Origin: Octopus vulgaris
Lineage: Eukaryota
Direction of reading: 5' to 3'
DNA length: 64,000 nucleotides
Assembly (NCBI GenBank): GCA_951406725.2
Contig: OX597818.1
Span: forward strand, 6,944,001 to 7,008,000
In this document: positions 1 to 12,180 of the stretch, one piece after another
How the letters are laid out: each line of letters begins with the position of its first letter
Numbering within the stretch: the first letter of the stretch is position 1
Notes under the pieces: generated by a model
Told to the model about the DNA's origin: nothing
What the model saw: only the letters and a program-made list of their open reading frames with translations
Database searches by the model: none
Program-made: the position numbers and the translations under genes

Positions 1-128
1 AAATCAGTGTAAACTGTGAAACTGTTTAAAGCTTCAAATACATTTTTTTTAAATATTTTAACTATTCTCAGTGCATTTTCAACTTCTACTTTTCCTATAT
101 TTCTACATGTGGGGATAAAATAACTTTG

Positions 129-129
<1 letters not shown>

Positions 130-173
<44 letters not shown>
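130..173. repeat. (TA)n microsatellite, representative of dozens of (TA)n, (CA)n, (GA)n, (TATG)n and (TAGA)n tracts in the window
   Basis: Direct reading. These tracts produce most of the YIYI/THTH/ERER/LSIY ORFs in the track. Confidence 0.98.
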
Positions 174-179
<6 letters not shown>

Positions 180-397
180 TAACAATAATTTTGTAGCGAA
201 AAGAAATAACGGTCTTTTGACTGCTATTTCTAAAGTTTTCGGTATGTGGTTAAGCATCTCGTTGCTAAACCCTTAATTATTGTTATAATTATATATAAAA
301 CTTCTTGTATAAGTTTTTACCGAATATGGTTCCTTTCCATACCGAAACTACTTGGTGAAATTTATTCATTATAAATTAATAATTTTTTACCCTTTAT

Positions 398-486
<89 letters not shown>

Positions 487-1620
487 AGAGAGAGTGAAGT
501 CAGAGAGAGGGGAAGAGGACAGAGAGAGAGAGGGGAGAGAGAGAAATAGACTAGACATTTAAAGCAAAAGTGTTAACAGTAACTTCGAATTTTTGCCTTG
601 CTAGCGTGCATCGTACTGTGGTACATTTCAGTTCAACTTTAATATATCCCGTAGTAAATTTCTTTCTGGTATAGCTGGTGCTATATTGAATAATAGTCAG
701 GTTGTAGAGTAAGTTCTATAGATTTATTTTCTACATTCATCGCATACGGCAAAAATAAAAGTAACCCCAAAGGCAATAGTAGCGACTAAAGGATATAACG
801 AAAGATAATACAAAAATCTAAAATGCATTTCACAGAAATTCTTATTCTCATGATTACGAAAATTCCTGATGCCACTAAATAGGCAATATGTAGATATGGA
901 TATTTTTTATGTATTAGTACAATAAGCATTTCATTGTCTTCTCGAGATCCATTATATTAATAGACTGAGACCTTTGAATTCGGAAGAGTCTTTGAAAATG
1001 TATCTCGGGTGGCTTAGCTAAATCCTGTTCACATATTTGTAATTAGATTCTTTGGATTCTTTCGGGGTCTGTTATTTGCTTTAAGCTCATTTCAACTTTG
1101 GACGTCTATTACATCATACATTTTTATGTTGCTGTGTAGAGATACACTGTCAAAAGATTTTATATGACATAAGCGAATAGATTTCTTGGAAAATATAACG
1201 CTTATTCGTTATATGTACGATGGTTTTTAATTGGCATCTAAGATTAATTATTAATTTTACCCAATAAAATAGGGCTAAATTTACAGGTAATTCATATTAA
1301 TGGTAATGAAAGGAATTTGAATGCAAGGAAAAAAGAATACAAGTAATTCAAAATTTGTCTCAATTTGAGTGTACAACTTTAAAATGTTGAAGATTCTGTT
1401 AACGACGCACAAAATGACGTTACGTACTTTCAAGAAATGAAAAGATATTGTCTCAGTAGAATAGAGATATTCTCTCTGCATATGTTTTCTTATAATTTCC
1501 TTATGTATACCGTGGTATTCAGCCAATATATGAGGAAAACAAATGTTCAGCACGCACATATATCTCTCTATATATTACAATACTATATTACTTTGTAGAT
1601 GTATGGATGTAAGTGTATCC

Positions 1621-1812
1621 TTTATCTTTTGCTTGTTTCAGTCATCTCAATGCGGTCATGCTGGGGCACCACATTGAAGGGTTTTTAGTAGAATAAATCG
1701 ACCCCAGGACGTTTTTTGGAAATATCGAATATTTCGGTTCCTTTTGCCGAACACCTAAGTTACGGGAGCGTAAACACACCAGCACTGGTTGTCAAGCGGT
1801 TGTGTGTGACAA
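1621..1812 (-). mobile_element. Octopus-type tRNA-derived SINE fragment
   Basis: cttgtttcagtcat..gcggtcatgctggggcacc..aaatcgaccccagg..gccgaacacctaagttacggg..gttgtcaagcggt. The same opening motif recurs at 53117-53172. Confidence 0.75.
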
Positions 1813-2025
1813 ATAGAAAATGGAAAAAATGAGAATCTATAAAAGATAAAATTATATGGTGATAATGAAGATATAGTAATTTGATTAAATGCCATAATTT
1901 GTACCGTGATGCAATTTGTGCGGTAATATGTGATTACTCAACACAAAATTTCATGGGCAGAGAACATTTAGAGCGGATTGCTTACTCTCGGGTCTGTTTG
2001 CATCTTTGAATACTTACACCCATTG

Positions 2026-2156
<131 letters not shown>

Positions 2157-2469
2157 TGTTAAATGGTTAAAGTTTTCCAGATACACAAAACCGTTTTAAG
2201 AATTCCTGTCGGGGGAATACCTCTTCAATGAAATCATATCCAGATTTGCACATCCTATCTAATATGACCAGGAATATTTATTCTGTAGCGCTGAGACTTT
2301 ATAATAACATAATATACTGGATATAAGCGTGCAAGCAAGAATGCTTTGCAAAATAATAATACTCATCTGGATATCATTTCTAGTTTCAGCCTGTTGGATA
2401 AGACCCAACCGTATGCTCCCAAAACTCCCTATTGTCTTTTGAAGGACCATAAGCCTGCTTTTTTTTTAT

Positions 2470-4560
2470 AAGATCATTCGATTAGATTAATCTGTCCAAC
2501 CAAGTCCGATTTGGACAGAATTAGTAAGTATATTATTAATCGGATTATTTCCATCGTTAAGAATAAGGTTCAGCTTCAACTACGCTCTTACTAATAAGCC
2601 TAATTTAGACTTTATCCATTTCGATATTTCGAATTACAGCTCCATTTCCCCTATATTGCTAAATAAGGCCTTGATTTTCTCTCGGAAATTTGCGAATACC
2701 CCTAGTTCGGATATTGATGTTATTTTCTTCAATGCACGTAATTGGAGAGGGGCTGATTCCACTAATTTATTCGAGATTACTATGGGGTCCTCGGATTCAG
2801 CACAGTTGACCGACTCAGTGGACCTCTATCTCCTTTCGCAGATTAGGGACAGATTTCCCCTCCTTACTAGGGGATTAAATACGGATTATGCACTTCTAGC
2901 TGCACGTGGCCAGCCTAAAACTGCATTGAATAGATTGAAGAAATCTTTGAGAAGCTTTTTAAAAGATTTCTTCAATCTTAACATTATTTTTGATGTTAAC
3001 TATAGAGTGGTAAATTTCTTTGATGTTACTTTGAATATGGATATGAGTTTATACTACCTGTTTCGTAAGCCAAATAAATCCATTTCATGTATCAATGTCT
3101 CCTCCAGTCATCTGAAATCTACAAATGATAGCATCGTTACTACCATTTCGATTAGAATCTCTCAATTGTCCACAAACAAAGAGATTTTTGATCAACATGC
3201 ACCAGTATATAACAATGCTCTAAATTCAAGTGGCGTGAAAGCTAAATTCTAATATATACTTAATACGAGACTTATTGGAAGCGAAGTAGCAACCGTGAAG
3301 AGATAATTAAAACCAAGAGCTCACGTTCGAGAATACGGGAAGTCAATTGGTTTGCTCCATCCTTTTCTCTTAGAGTAAGAAATCTGCCAAAGTTGTTTTT
3401 TTTAAGATTCTGAAGGAGAATTTCCCAAAGAATCATAAGTACTACACCATCTGCAACAAATCCTCCGTTAAGTTTTCTTACTCAGTAATGCCGAATTTGG
3501 CCTCCGTTATTGCATCTATTAGTAGAAGCAAATTAAGTGGGCAAGTGCACTGGAAGTATTCCTTTGTTAGAAACTTTGGTATTGGGCTGGTAAGTTCTAA
3601 TAAATCTAATGTTGGTGTTATCAACCATTTACCTTCACAGGATTTACCGACCCCCTTTATTGGGATATCCGAGAGAAAGAATGGAGGAAACCAGATAAAT
3701 AATGTTAGTATCAATAATGGGGGAAAAGGTGGTTCCGGTAAATCTTGTAATTGAAGAAACCCTAGGTTATGTCCTCTTGACGGATTTTGTTTGATTACAA
3801 AATGCAATTTATAAATGCGTAGTTAAGGAGGAGGGCAGTTTGGATAGGATTTATATAGGCTGTCAATTTTAAGGCGAAGCACAGGGGCCACAGGAATTCG
3901 TTTTCGAACGAAAATTATTGTAACTCCACTACACTTGCATCTTATATTTATAGTTTAAAGAGAAATAATAATAGTTACTCTTTTCAATGGTCTATAATCT
4001 CGAGGATCCCATATTTTAGTGTTAATATTAACAAGTGTGTATAAGGGAATCTCTTGCCATCCTTGGGTCATTTGGGCCTAAATCATTAAATAAATTTACA
4101 GAGGTGATCGCTTTCTGCAACCATGAATTTTCTTCTGCTTTTCTGAAAGTATATAGAAATAAGGCTAGATGTGGTTGATAATATTTACTTTGCTTACTGG
4201 GTTTTGAAACCGGATAGAAAAATTCCTATAACTAGCAGCCATCTACCAGGTTAGCCATAAAATAAAGTAAATTTATTTATTTTAATGTTGGGAACTTTGG
4301 ACTGGTCCTGCTAAAGGTTATTGCTTATAAATAATGACTGCAACTGTATTGTAACTTTTGTCCTACTAGTTGATTGTGAATTTCCTAGATGGTTCTGTTC
4401 ATCCTGATGAGGAGGTCATTGCCGAAATGCACTTTAACTTGCAATCAGACCACAGCATTGAAACCCCGAAACGGCCATAGATGTAAATTTTGACCAACCC
4501 TTCTTTCGAACTCTCTTACGCTCCATGGATTGGGCCAACTGTGGATTCCTTCTTTTCTAA
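2470..4560 (+). mobile_element. Decayed Penelope-like element (Naiad-type): RT, zinc finger, GIY-YIG endonuclease, then 3' pseudo-LTR with hammerhead
   Basis: Frameshifted motifs RLICPTKSD, FEITMGSSDSAQLTD, VNFFDVTLN, ISIRISQLS, WFAPSFS, KFSYSVMPN, CN*RNPRLCPLDGFCL, IYKCVV..YIG and LNKFTEVIAFCNH. Hammerhead core at 4404-4479. Confidence 0.9.
4397..4485 (+). ncRNA. Type I hammerhead ribozyme in the Penelope pLTR; its stem II doubles as a SECIS-like hairpin
   Basis: catc-CTGATGA(4404)-ggaggtcattgc...gcattgaaacccc-GAAA(4468)-CGGCC-ATA-gatg. Stem I is catc/gatg. Stem III is near-palindromic, with a probable G>A change. Confidence 0.8.
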
Positions 4561-4879
4561 AAGACGATCTATTTTGATATATTTTTAATTAAGGTGTAAT
4601 AAAATGTTTTAGTCAATTGATATGTTTTATTAATTCATTTTGATCACCCATTTAATCGATATGTTTCTACTTTTCCTTGGCAGGCGCTTCTATATATATT
4701 ATATTTTTATATGTGCATATATATTTTTTACTTTCTGTGCTTTTATACATGTATTTCTTTTATATGTTGAAGGCCATGGTATTAGTTTAATATAATGAAA
4801 CGTATGGAAGCGTGGGGTTATGTAAAGTCGTTGGCCTGAATTTGATGTTTGTTCTCTAATCAATGGTTTAACACACAAA

Positions 4880-5180
4880 CTTACACATAATATTTAACCG
4901 ATGTCTCGATCACACCTCCTTTGCATTATACACCGCTTGTCACAATTCACGTCTTGTCTGTGTTGTAGCTTCCAAATGGTACCACTCCGCACGCTAGGCC
5001 ACCAGATTAACATTGCACTTAAACAGAGCGGAACGCCAATCTGTCACCAGTTTACCCATTTACATCTGAAAGGACTGGAGCAATGTGAATTGATGTGTTT
5101 TGCTCGATAACTCAAATCAGTGGAACTGAAACACCGATTTTGCGATCAAGACTGCAACACCCTAACAGTTATGCCACGCA
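4880..5180 (-). mobile_element. Decayed tRNA-derived SINE
   Basis: ggactggagcaatgtgaa..gtgttttgctc..gcgatcaagactgcaacaccctaac..gccacg reads as the reverse of a tRNA-like head plus body. Confidence 0.6.
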
Positions 5181-5244
5181 AACTTCATATTCAAATATAC
5201 ACATGTATTCATTCATATATACATATACTAATATATGTATGTCT

Positions 5245-5289
<45 letters not shown>

Positions 5290-5304
5290 GTGAGTGTGTG
5301 TGTA

Positions 5305-5347
<43 letters not shown>

Positions 5348-8249
5348 GTGTACAAATGCTCTAGTGGAGATATTACAATTTTTGAGAAACTTTTCAAGTG
5401 AGTTTAGATAAATTTTGCTTTCAACTGCTTTAATCAAATAATAAACACACAAAGTTACTCTGAGCCATACTTAGTTTAAGCATAATTATAAATTAATATA
5501 TTGGGTTAAATCAGATAATTCGCCTTCAAATTGATTGGTAAGTTTGAGTTTCTGTATTGAATAAACAATAAAATCAATATCATATGACGAAACAATTTGA
5601 TGATATCTGTTATCCATTTTTCAGACTGCCTGATATATTATATTCGTTATCCTGCATACCACTATAAAACAATTTGAATTATTCTTTTATGAGTTATACG
5701 TCTTGTAATTCTGACTGACTCGTTGTTAGGTCATAGCGCGCTGCATTTCATAATGTTAACCAGTTTGTATCCCTGAAGTCGCAAACATGATGACTTACTG
5801 AGGTACATCGCCAACCAAATCTTGCATTACATTATTAAACTGAGCATTTTTCTATTTTCCTCAGACGAGTGCACTTGATTCATATCGAAAGTATGTCACT
5901 TTTATGCAGAGACATAGTGCATCAGTTAATATCATGGTTGCGCAACCAGAAATTTCAGGATTTCGCCTATATTAGTGATACTGAAAAAGAACAGAAAAAT
6001 TTTTAAAATAGCAGAGTAAAATATGCAAATCTGGTTGTTTTTGACAGAATATAATTTTTATTTATTAATATATTCAATAGATATTGTAGCTTGCAGAGCG
6101 CCATAGAAACTACGTTGTGATACGTTGCTGCTTATATGCACGTGCTAATTCAAATCGACAGGTATTGATAATTAATTTTATCCTTCCTCGATCGATAGAA
6201 TGAATACTATCTAATTTCTGTGATTCAATAAATCGACAAAAAAGCATTCAAGAAAATGTAGATTCATGCCTTAGAAATAATTATTTATATAAGTACGTTT
6301 TCAGATTTTTTCAGAAACGAGTACACATGATTTGAGTAGTTTATTATCTCTGCTACTAAAGATACTTAGATATGGATATTAGCTTTCTATGTGCAACAAA
6401 TAAGTTTTTAATTGTCATTAAAATTACTGACAAAATGAAGAAGTATTACAGACTCTATTATAATACAATTCCATCATGCCCAATTAGAATGTTAGAGCTA
6501 CGTATATATCTTTCTATTTTTCTTATCTGATTACTTACTTTCTTTCGCAATTTGATAATAACTTTTCAAAACATTACAAAATAAGATATACCTCAAACAC
6601 TTCCAAGTTGTTTCTAAATGTATACCCATTACCTCTGTAATGTTCGTTTATATTTATCATGGGTGTAATGCAATACATTCAGTTATTTAAGAGTTACGGT
6701 CCGAGATCATAATCTGGGAACTGTTCTTTAAAGAGAATCTACTAAATGTCAGTCTATTTTCATACTGAAAGGATTGTATAAAAGTTTAACACTTAGTCAC
6801 TCATTGCTAGAACATTGGATTTCGTTATCAATGCTTCACTGATCTGAAAACAGATAACATACTTTTGAATATTTGTTCTTCATTCCTTTTCCTATACATT
6901 TCTTCATGTTCAATTCACTGATGCTTGTTCCCTTTCTTCTGTCCATTATTATGACTTGCCTGAGGCATCACACCAATTTAAGAACTAATACGTCGTATTT
7001 TATATAATACCTACAATCAGTGTTTCAAAGTTTGTAACTATAAGTGAAAGAGCTCTGTACTGTGTGAAGAATTTCAACATGAAAACCAATTGTTGTATTT
7101 TCGCTTTCTATTGTTGTCTCTATACAGACAAGAGATATTGTCAGTGAACTTCTATGGGAAGAACAACAACAATAAGTTACCGGTGCTTTGCGCAAAACAT
7201 AACAACAAAACTCTTTAGCGAATTGGACTGTAATTCTTTCGACGTTTGTAACATTATTGTAATATTTGGGAAATGTTTGCAATGTATTATTGTTGAGTAA
7301 AAAAAAAATATACATATAGACATATAAGAATATATATATAAGAATTCTTTGAACGCTCTGATTCAGTTCTTATAAGAATTAAGTTTATTTCACCGGGCCA
7401 AAAGAATAAGAAGCAGTCTGTAGTGGTTGTAGTAGTAGTTGTAGTAAACGAATTCTCAAAAATGGCTGAAATAATGAATAAATGGATGAATGAAGGACAA
7501 AGGGAAACAAGTAGTGAATAGTGTTCATGATGGAATAGATAAAAGCACCGGATTAGCAAGTAGACATGTATTGTGACCCAAACATGATTTCATTAAATGG
7601 CAGATTTAAAAATGTTTGTGAACGAAGGTGAACAAAAGGGAAAATACCTAAAGAGAGAGCTGTATTTACAGAGAGGGATAGAAAAAGAAAAAAATTAACC
7701 ACTAATACAGAGAAAACACAAGTAGTTTGATTATTGCTTGAATCTACTTGCTTCTTTCTTCTATATTTTTTAGTTTCTTATTCTATACACTTATTCGCCT
7801 TGAACAAACTATTCATTTAGCAAAATGTATAATGAAAATAGTCTTCTTTAATTGCCATTCCTTGCCCGCTGTGAGCAGTGGCATTCAAGTTCCACTGATA
7901 TTTGTAATGTCCCTTGTTTATTCACATTTGTCTTTTTTCTTCTTTGTCCTCTTCTTTACTTATCTTTGTTTCTGCACCTCCTTCTCCTCCTCTTTTCCCC
8001 TCCTGAAAGGGCAGAATCGTGAAGCTGTTGAACAAAATTCAATGAGAGCAAGATGAAATTCTTGCTCTCTTTGTTGTGAGTTCAAGTCGTACTGAGTTCC
8101 AATCCTTTTGGGGTCACTAGGTATGAAGCGGGGTCCATGACATCTTATTACTTTAACATTGCTATCCTTTTGCCTATATATCGTGTTTTGCTAAGACTGG
8201 ACCGCGGAATCCCAGTAATCTACCCGAAACAATCAGATTTTATGTAACA

Positions 8250-10290
8250 TGCAATCATACTGGATCTGAATGGTAAGACTGTGATCCTAGATGTGAGCAG
8301 CAACGAAGATGATGCTTTCAGACCAAAGCCTATATGTGTTCCAATAGGGGCGAAACAGTCTAATTTCTTCAGACATCTGAATGATTCCCTAGGAAAATCC
8401 TGATCACTGCTAGTTGTTGGGGATTGGGAACTGTAGTTTAGATGCACAGCAAAACTGTGTGTGGCTTATGTATAAAGGATGTGGGTGCAAAACAACTTGA
8501 CAAGCTGGCCAGAAATTTCCAAATGTCTGATATGTACTTACTGGATTTCCCAGATGTACTAATGTAGAGACTGTGCAACTACGTCGGTGCTATCATATCG
8601 TATCTAGATAGAACATTTATTAAGTCAGTAGATAGGGATACAATATATTATTCAGATACCATAAATATGTGATCTGCCCAGTTGTTTTAATAAGAAACCA
8701 GAAATAGAGACAATGTTACTAGAAGGTGAATATGTTCTTACCGACAAGTAAAGACTACGTGGACCGAATTAGTTATTTAGAAAAGCAGCAGCTGATGCAA
8801 GCAATCATAAGGGTGCTCTAAAGCAGGCAATTACATCAAAATCTTAGCGTCTAGCAAAGAGCTCTAGAGAGAAAGAGATAAGAAGGGTAACTAGTTAGAA
8901 ATTCATTGGCCAACGAGCACGAATTGGAGAGAATTGACTGGGATGCAAAACTTCAAGAACATCTTTAACATTTCGGAATGGAAAGGAGCTATTTAGATTT
9001 GAGCAGACCTATGTGGCTATATAATAGCATTTCCATCGACTGCTCGGATGCGTCATAGACGCATTAGACTTTAGTTTGTATCTCATTGTTCTTTCGCATC
9101 ACTTGGCAAGGAAGAAGAGGTGCTAAGAAAATCTGATAATAACAGCGGAAATACAAGATGAATTGCTCCAAAGAGAATGTCGTATTCAGTTTTTTACTCA
9201 TAACATACTTTAATGTTTCGGATAAAGTGTTAACGAAAATCAAAGCACTTTTTGTGGTTTGGTTAAGAATAAATAAAAATACATGATCCTGAATAGGTCT
9301 AGCCAAAACAATCTTCAGTTTATGCAGTATAATGAAAAGAAGGTTTGAAACAAACCTGACTTTAGTGAGGTACTGATTCAGTATTTCTGGCTCGTGGGCC
9401 ACTGCTACAGAAGTTATAAAATTTGAGGAGTGTCCCTTTTCGAAGCAGGAACCAAGAATACGTATCCGGCGTGTCCGGACGATGTTACCGTCATAGTGTC
9501 GAATACCACTCAAGTGAAGATGCTTGGAAATATTCTAAAAGAATTCAACTGCTTGACACGTGCTAAAACCAATACAAACGCATCACTGGATTCGCAGCTC
9601 ATCACTAGGAGAAGAAAATAGGTTTAACGAGACTATGTGGTTGGCAGCTGGGACAAAGGACCATTTAACTGACCCGGATCTGGTTCGACCCTGGTCACAA
9701 CGTTGGTAGCAAATGGGACGAGGTAGTGAATATGTTGGATTCAGAAGTGAGCCAAATGAGATCAGCTGCAGTAACTCCTTCATGGTGAGTTCGTCTCTCC
9801 TTGATGCAACTGCACTGGGAACCCGTCATCTAGATTTCTTCCAGGCATCTGCCACCATCTGGATGTCCAGCGGAATCGGTGGATGTTGCACTGTATCAAA
9901 CTACAGAGGGTTAGTGTCAGGAAAACTGAAGACATTCTCGGAGAAACTCTGGGTGTCGTCGGATATGAACTTGTTAGTCTTATCCTGAAGAGTTGCAGAT
10001 GAAGATGTAATATGAATAACTTCCGGGTACTGGGGTCTGTTCTTGTTTCCAAGGGGTGCTACATTTCCGACATAAACACTACAGATATGTAAGTATCGTT
10101 AGACAGGATTCTCCAAGATATTCGCAGAGGAATGAAAGACATCTACACGAACTCTTTCATTGTTCTGGCTTTGCTGATTGTAGAGTAGTGTCGAGGAGCT
10201 ACTGTTTTATGTGGGAAGTATTCGATTATCATTCCAGAGAATCCTGACGATTACCTTCACAACCTCCAGTAAAAAGACAGAGATCAGTAC
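8250..10290 (+). mobile_element. Highly decayed L1/Tx1-clade LINE ORF2
   Basis: ACPDDVTVIV at 9469-9498 resembles the YADD motif. An endonuclease C-terminal-like DRTFIK segment lies near 8605. Many stops and frameshifts. Confidence 0.6.
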
Positions 10291-10294
10291 CTTG

Positions 10295-10624
10295 GAAAAT
10301 ATAAGTAACTAAACGATGGAATTGTACGAATGTGAACATCGGACAAGTAACTGTCATACCACTAGTTGTAACGTCATTAGCAGTACTGTCAACCTGGTTT
10401 GAGAAATATGTCGGGGAAATCGGAATTGACATGAGGGTAGAAAATGCTCAAGAAACTGCTTTATTGGAGACAGTGAGAATTTTGAGATTGGTACTTGGAC
10501 GATAAGTATCGTGGAGAGAGACAATGTGAGACCTTTGACAAAAGTTTGCTGTCCGTTCTTACTTGAGCAAGTAAAATCGTGAGTTCTAAAAAGAAACATA
10601 ATAATAATAATAATAATGATGATG

Positions 10625-10692
<68 letters not shown>
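10295..10692 (+). mobile_element. 3' end of an R4/Dong-like LINE (restriction-like endonuclease) with a (TAA)n tail
   Basis: VIPLVVTSLAVLSTWFEKYVGEIGIDMRVENAQETALLETVRILRLVLGR* matches the VPIVVGALG...QKxALLGTARILR C-terminus, and is followed by (TAA)n at about 10597-10692. Confidence 0.8.
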
Positions 10693-10698
<6 letters not shown>

Positions 10699-10738
10699 TT
10701 AGTAAATACATAAATAAATAAATTAATTAATTAATTAA

Positions 10739-11182
10739 GGCCAATAGACCGGATCTAGTTGTCAGAGATCACCCATAAGAAATGCTTTCTAACCGATGTA
10801 TCAATACCAACAGACGACAACGTTTCTCTAAAAAAGGAGAAACTTTCAAAATACAAAGATCTAGAAATAGAAGTAAGTGGAATGTGGAGCCTAAAAACGT
10901 GCATTCGGTATGATAAAAAATACATTCAGACAAATACATAACAACAACACCAGGACTTACAAGTATATATAACATACAGAAAATAGCACCACTACGCATC
11001 ACACACATCCTACGTAAAATGCTTTCAATGCAGTGAAAATGAGAGCACCAAAACAAAACACAGCACATACCAAAAGGCACACAGAGTTGCGCTCGGTAGC
11101 GTAATGAAAGCACGTGGTAAAAATAAGGCTACTGAATAATAATGATGATGATGATGATCATCATGATCATGATGATGACGAT
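10739..11182 (+). mobile_element. Second, distinct 5'-truncated R4/Dong-like LINE 3' end
   Basis: ANRPDLVV (PD motif), CFLTDVSIPTDDNVSLKKEKLSKYKDLEIEV..MW and IQKIAPLRITHILRKML, ending in a TAA/TGA repeat tail. Confidence 0.8.
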
Positions 11183-11184
11183 AA

Positions 11185-12180
11185 ATGCCTTGATGTAGTA
11201 CCAGGCAGTGGCCCTCATGGCTTCTGATCTTAACTGATTGGAGGTGTTATCATATACATTGTTTTGTCTTGATATAAAAGATGGCCTACCGCAAATATTC
11301 TGCTCAATACCAAAGTTGCTTGACCTTAAGCAGTTGATAATGTCCCTTATTGGCTGACGATATGTGTATCTCTGATTATGAGCGGTAGTAAGGGAGTATC
11401 GTAGCCATGTTTTGAGAGAAATTTTGGTGGCTTTGTATAATTCTCCTTTGGAAACATGAGTGTTTCATTCAACATCCTTAAATAAACCTTATTCAGGGAC
11501 ATTGTGAGAAGAAGACGAAGAAGAAGAAGAAGAAGAAGAAGAAGAAGAAGAAGAAGAAGAAGAAGAAGAAGAAGAAGAAGAAGAAGAAGAAGAAGAAGAA
11601 GAAGAAGAAGAAGAAGAAGAAGAAGAAAAATGCTGCCCTGGTGCAGTACCAGGCAGTGTCTCTCATGGTCTCTGATCTTAAATGATTGGATGAGTTATCA
11701 TGTATATATCTTATCTTAGTGTAAAATATGGGCTACAGCAAATATTCTGCTCAATACTAGAGATTAGCTTGTCAGATGCTTGGCTTCACAAGTTAAGCAT
11801 GTCCCTTAGTGACTGACAATATGAGCATCTCTGATTACGAGCAGGAGCTGTAGGGGAGCATCATAGCTATGTGTTGAAAGGAATTCTTTAGGTTTGAGTA
11901 ATTCATCCCTGGAAACGTGGATATTTCGTTTGCCATACTTAAACAAATCTTATTCGGGGACCTTTTGAGCGTAAATAGGCTACTCGACCTGAAGAAATTT
12001 CTCATCCCCATTTGAAAGTTCATGCACTGTTTATCTTGATATGAGATCACCTTGTTGCGCATGTATGGTTGTGATGCATATTCCTGGTAAACATTTATCA
12101 GACGGGTAATCATGATGTGTATAATGGGCTTCGTAAATTTGTACCCCAGTGTCACTTGGGTGGCATGCATTACTCTCTCA
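11185..12180. repeat. Two diverged copies of one interspersed repeat (11185-11500 and 11632-12180) separated by (GAA)n at about 11507-11627
   Basis: Both copies share gtagtaccaggcagtg..ctcatgg..tctgatcttaa..gcaaatattctgctcaatac..ccctta..gctgac..ggaaac..ttattc. Confidence 0.85.

Noticed and set aside
4330-4380. Alternative SECIS (ATGActgc...AAC...tTGAt) upstream of the hammerhead
   Set aside because: Helix II does not pair in register; the hammerhead-overlapping candidate fits better.
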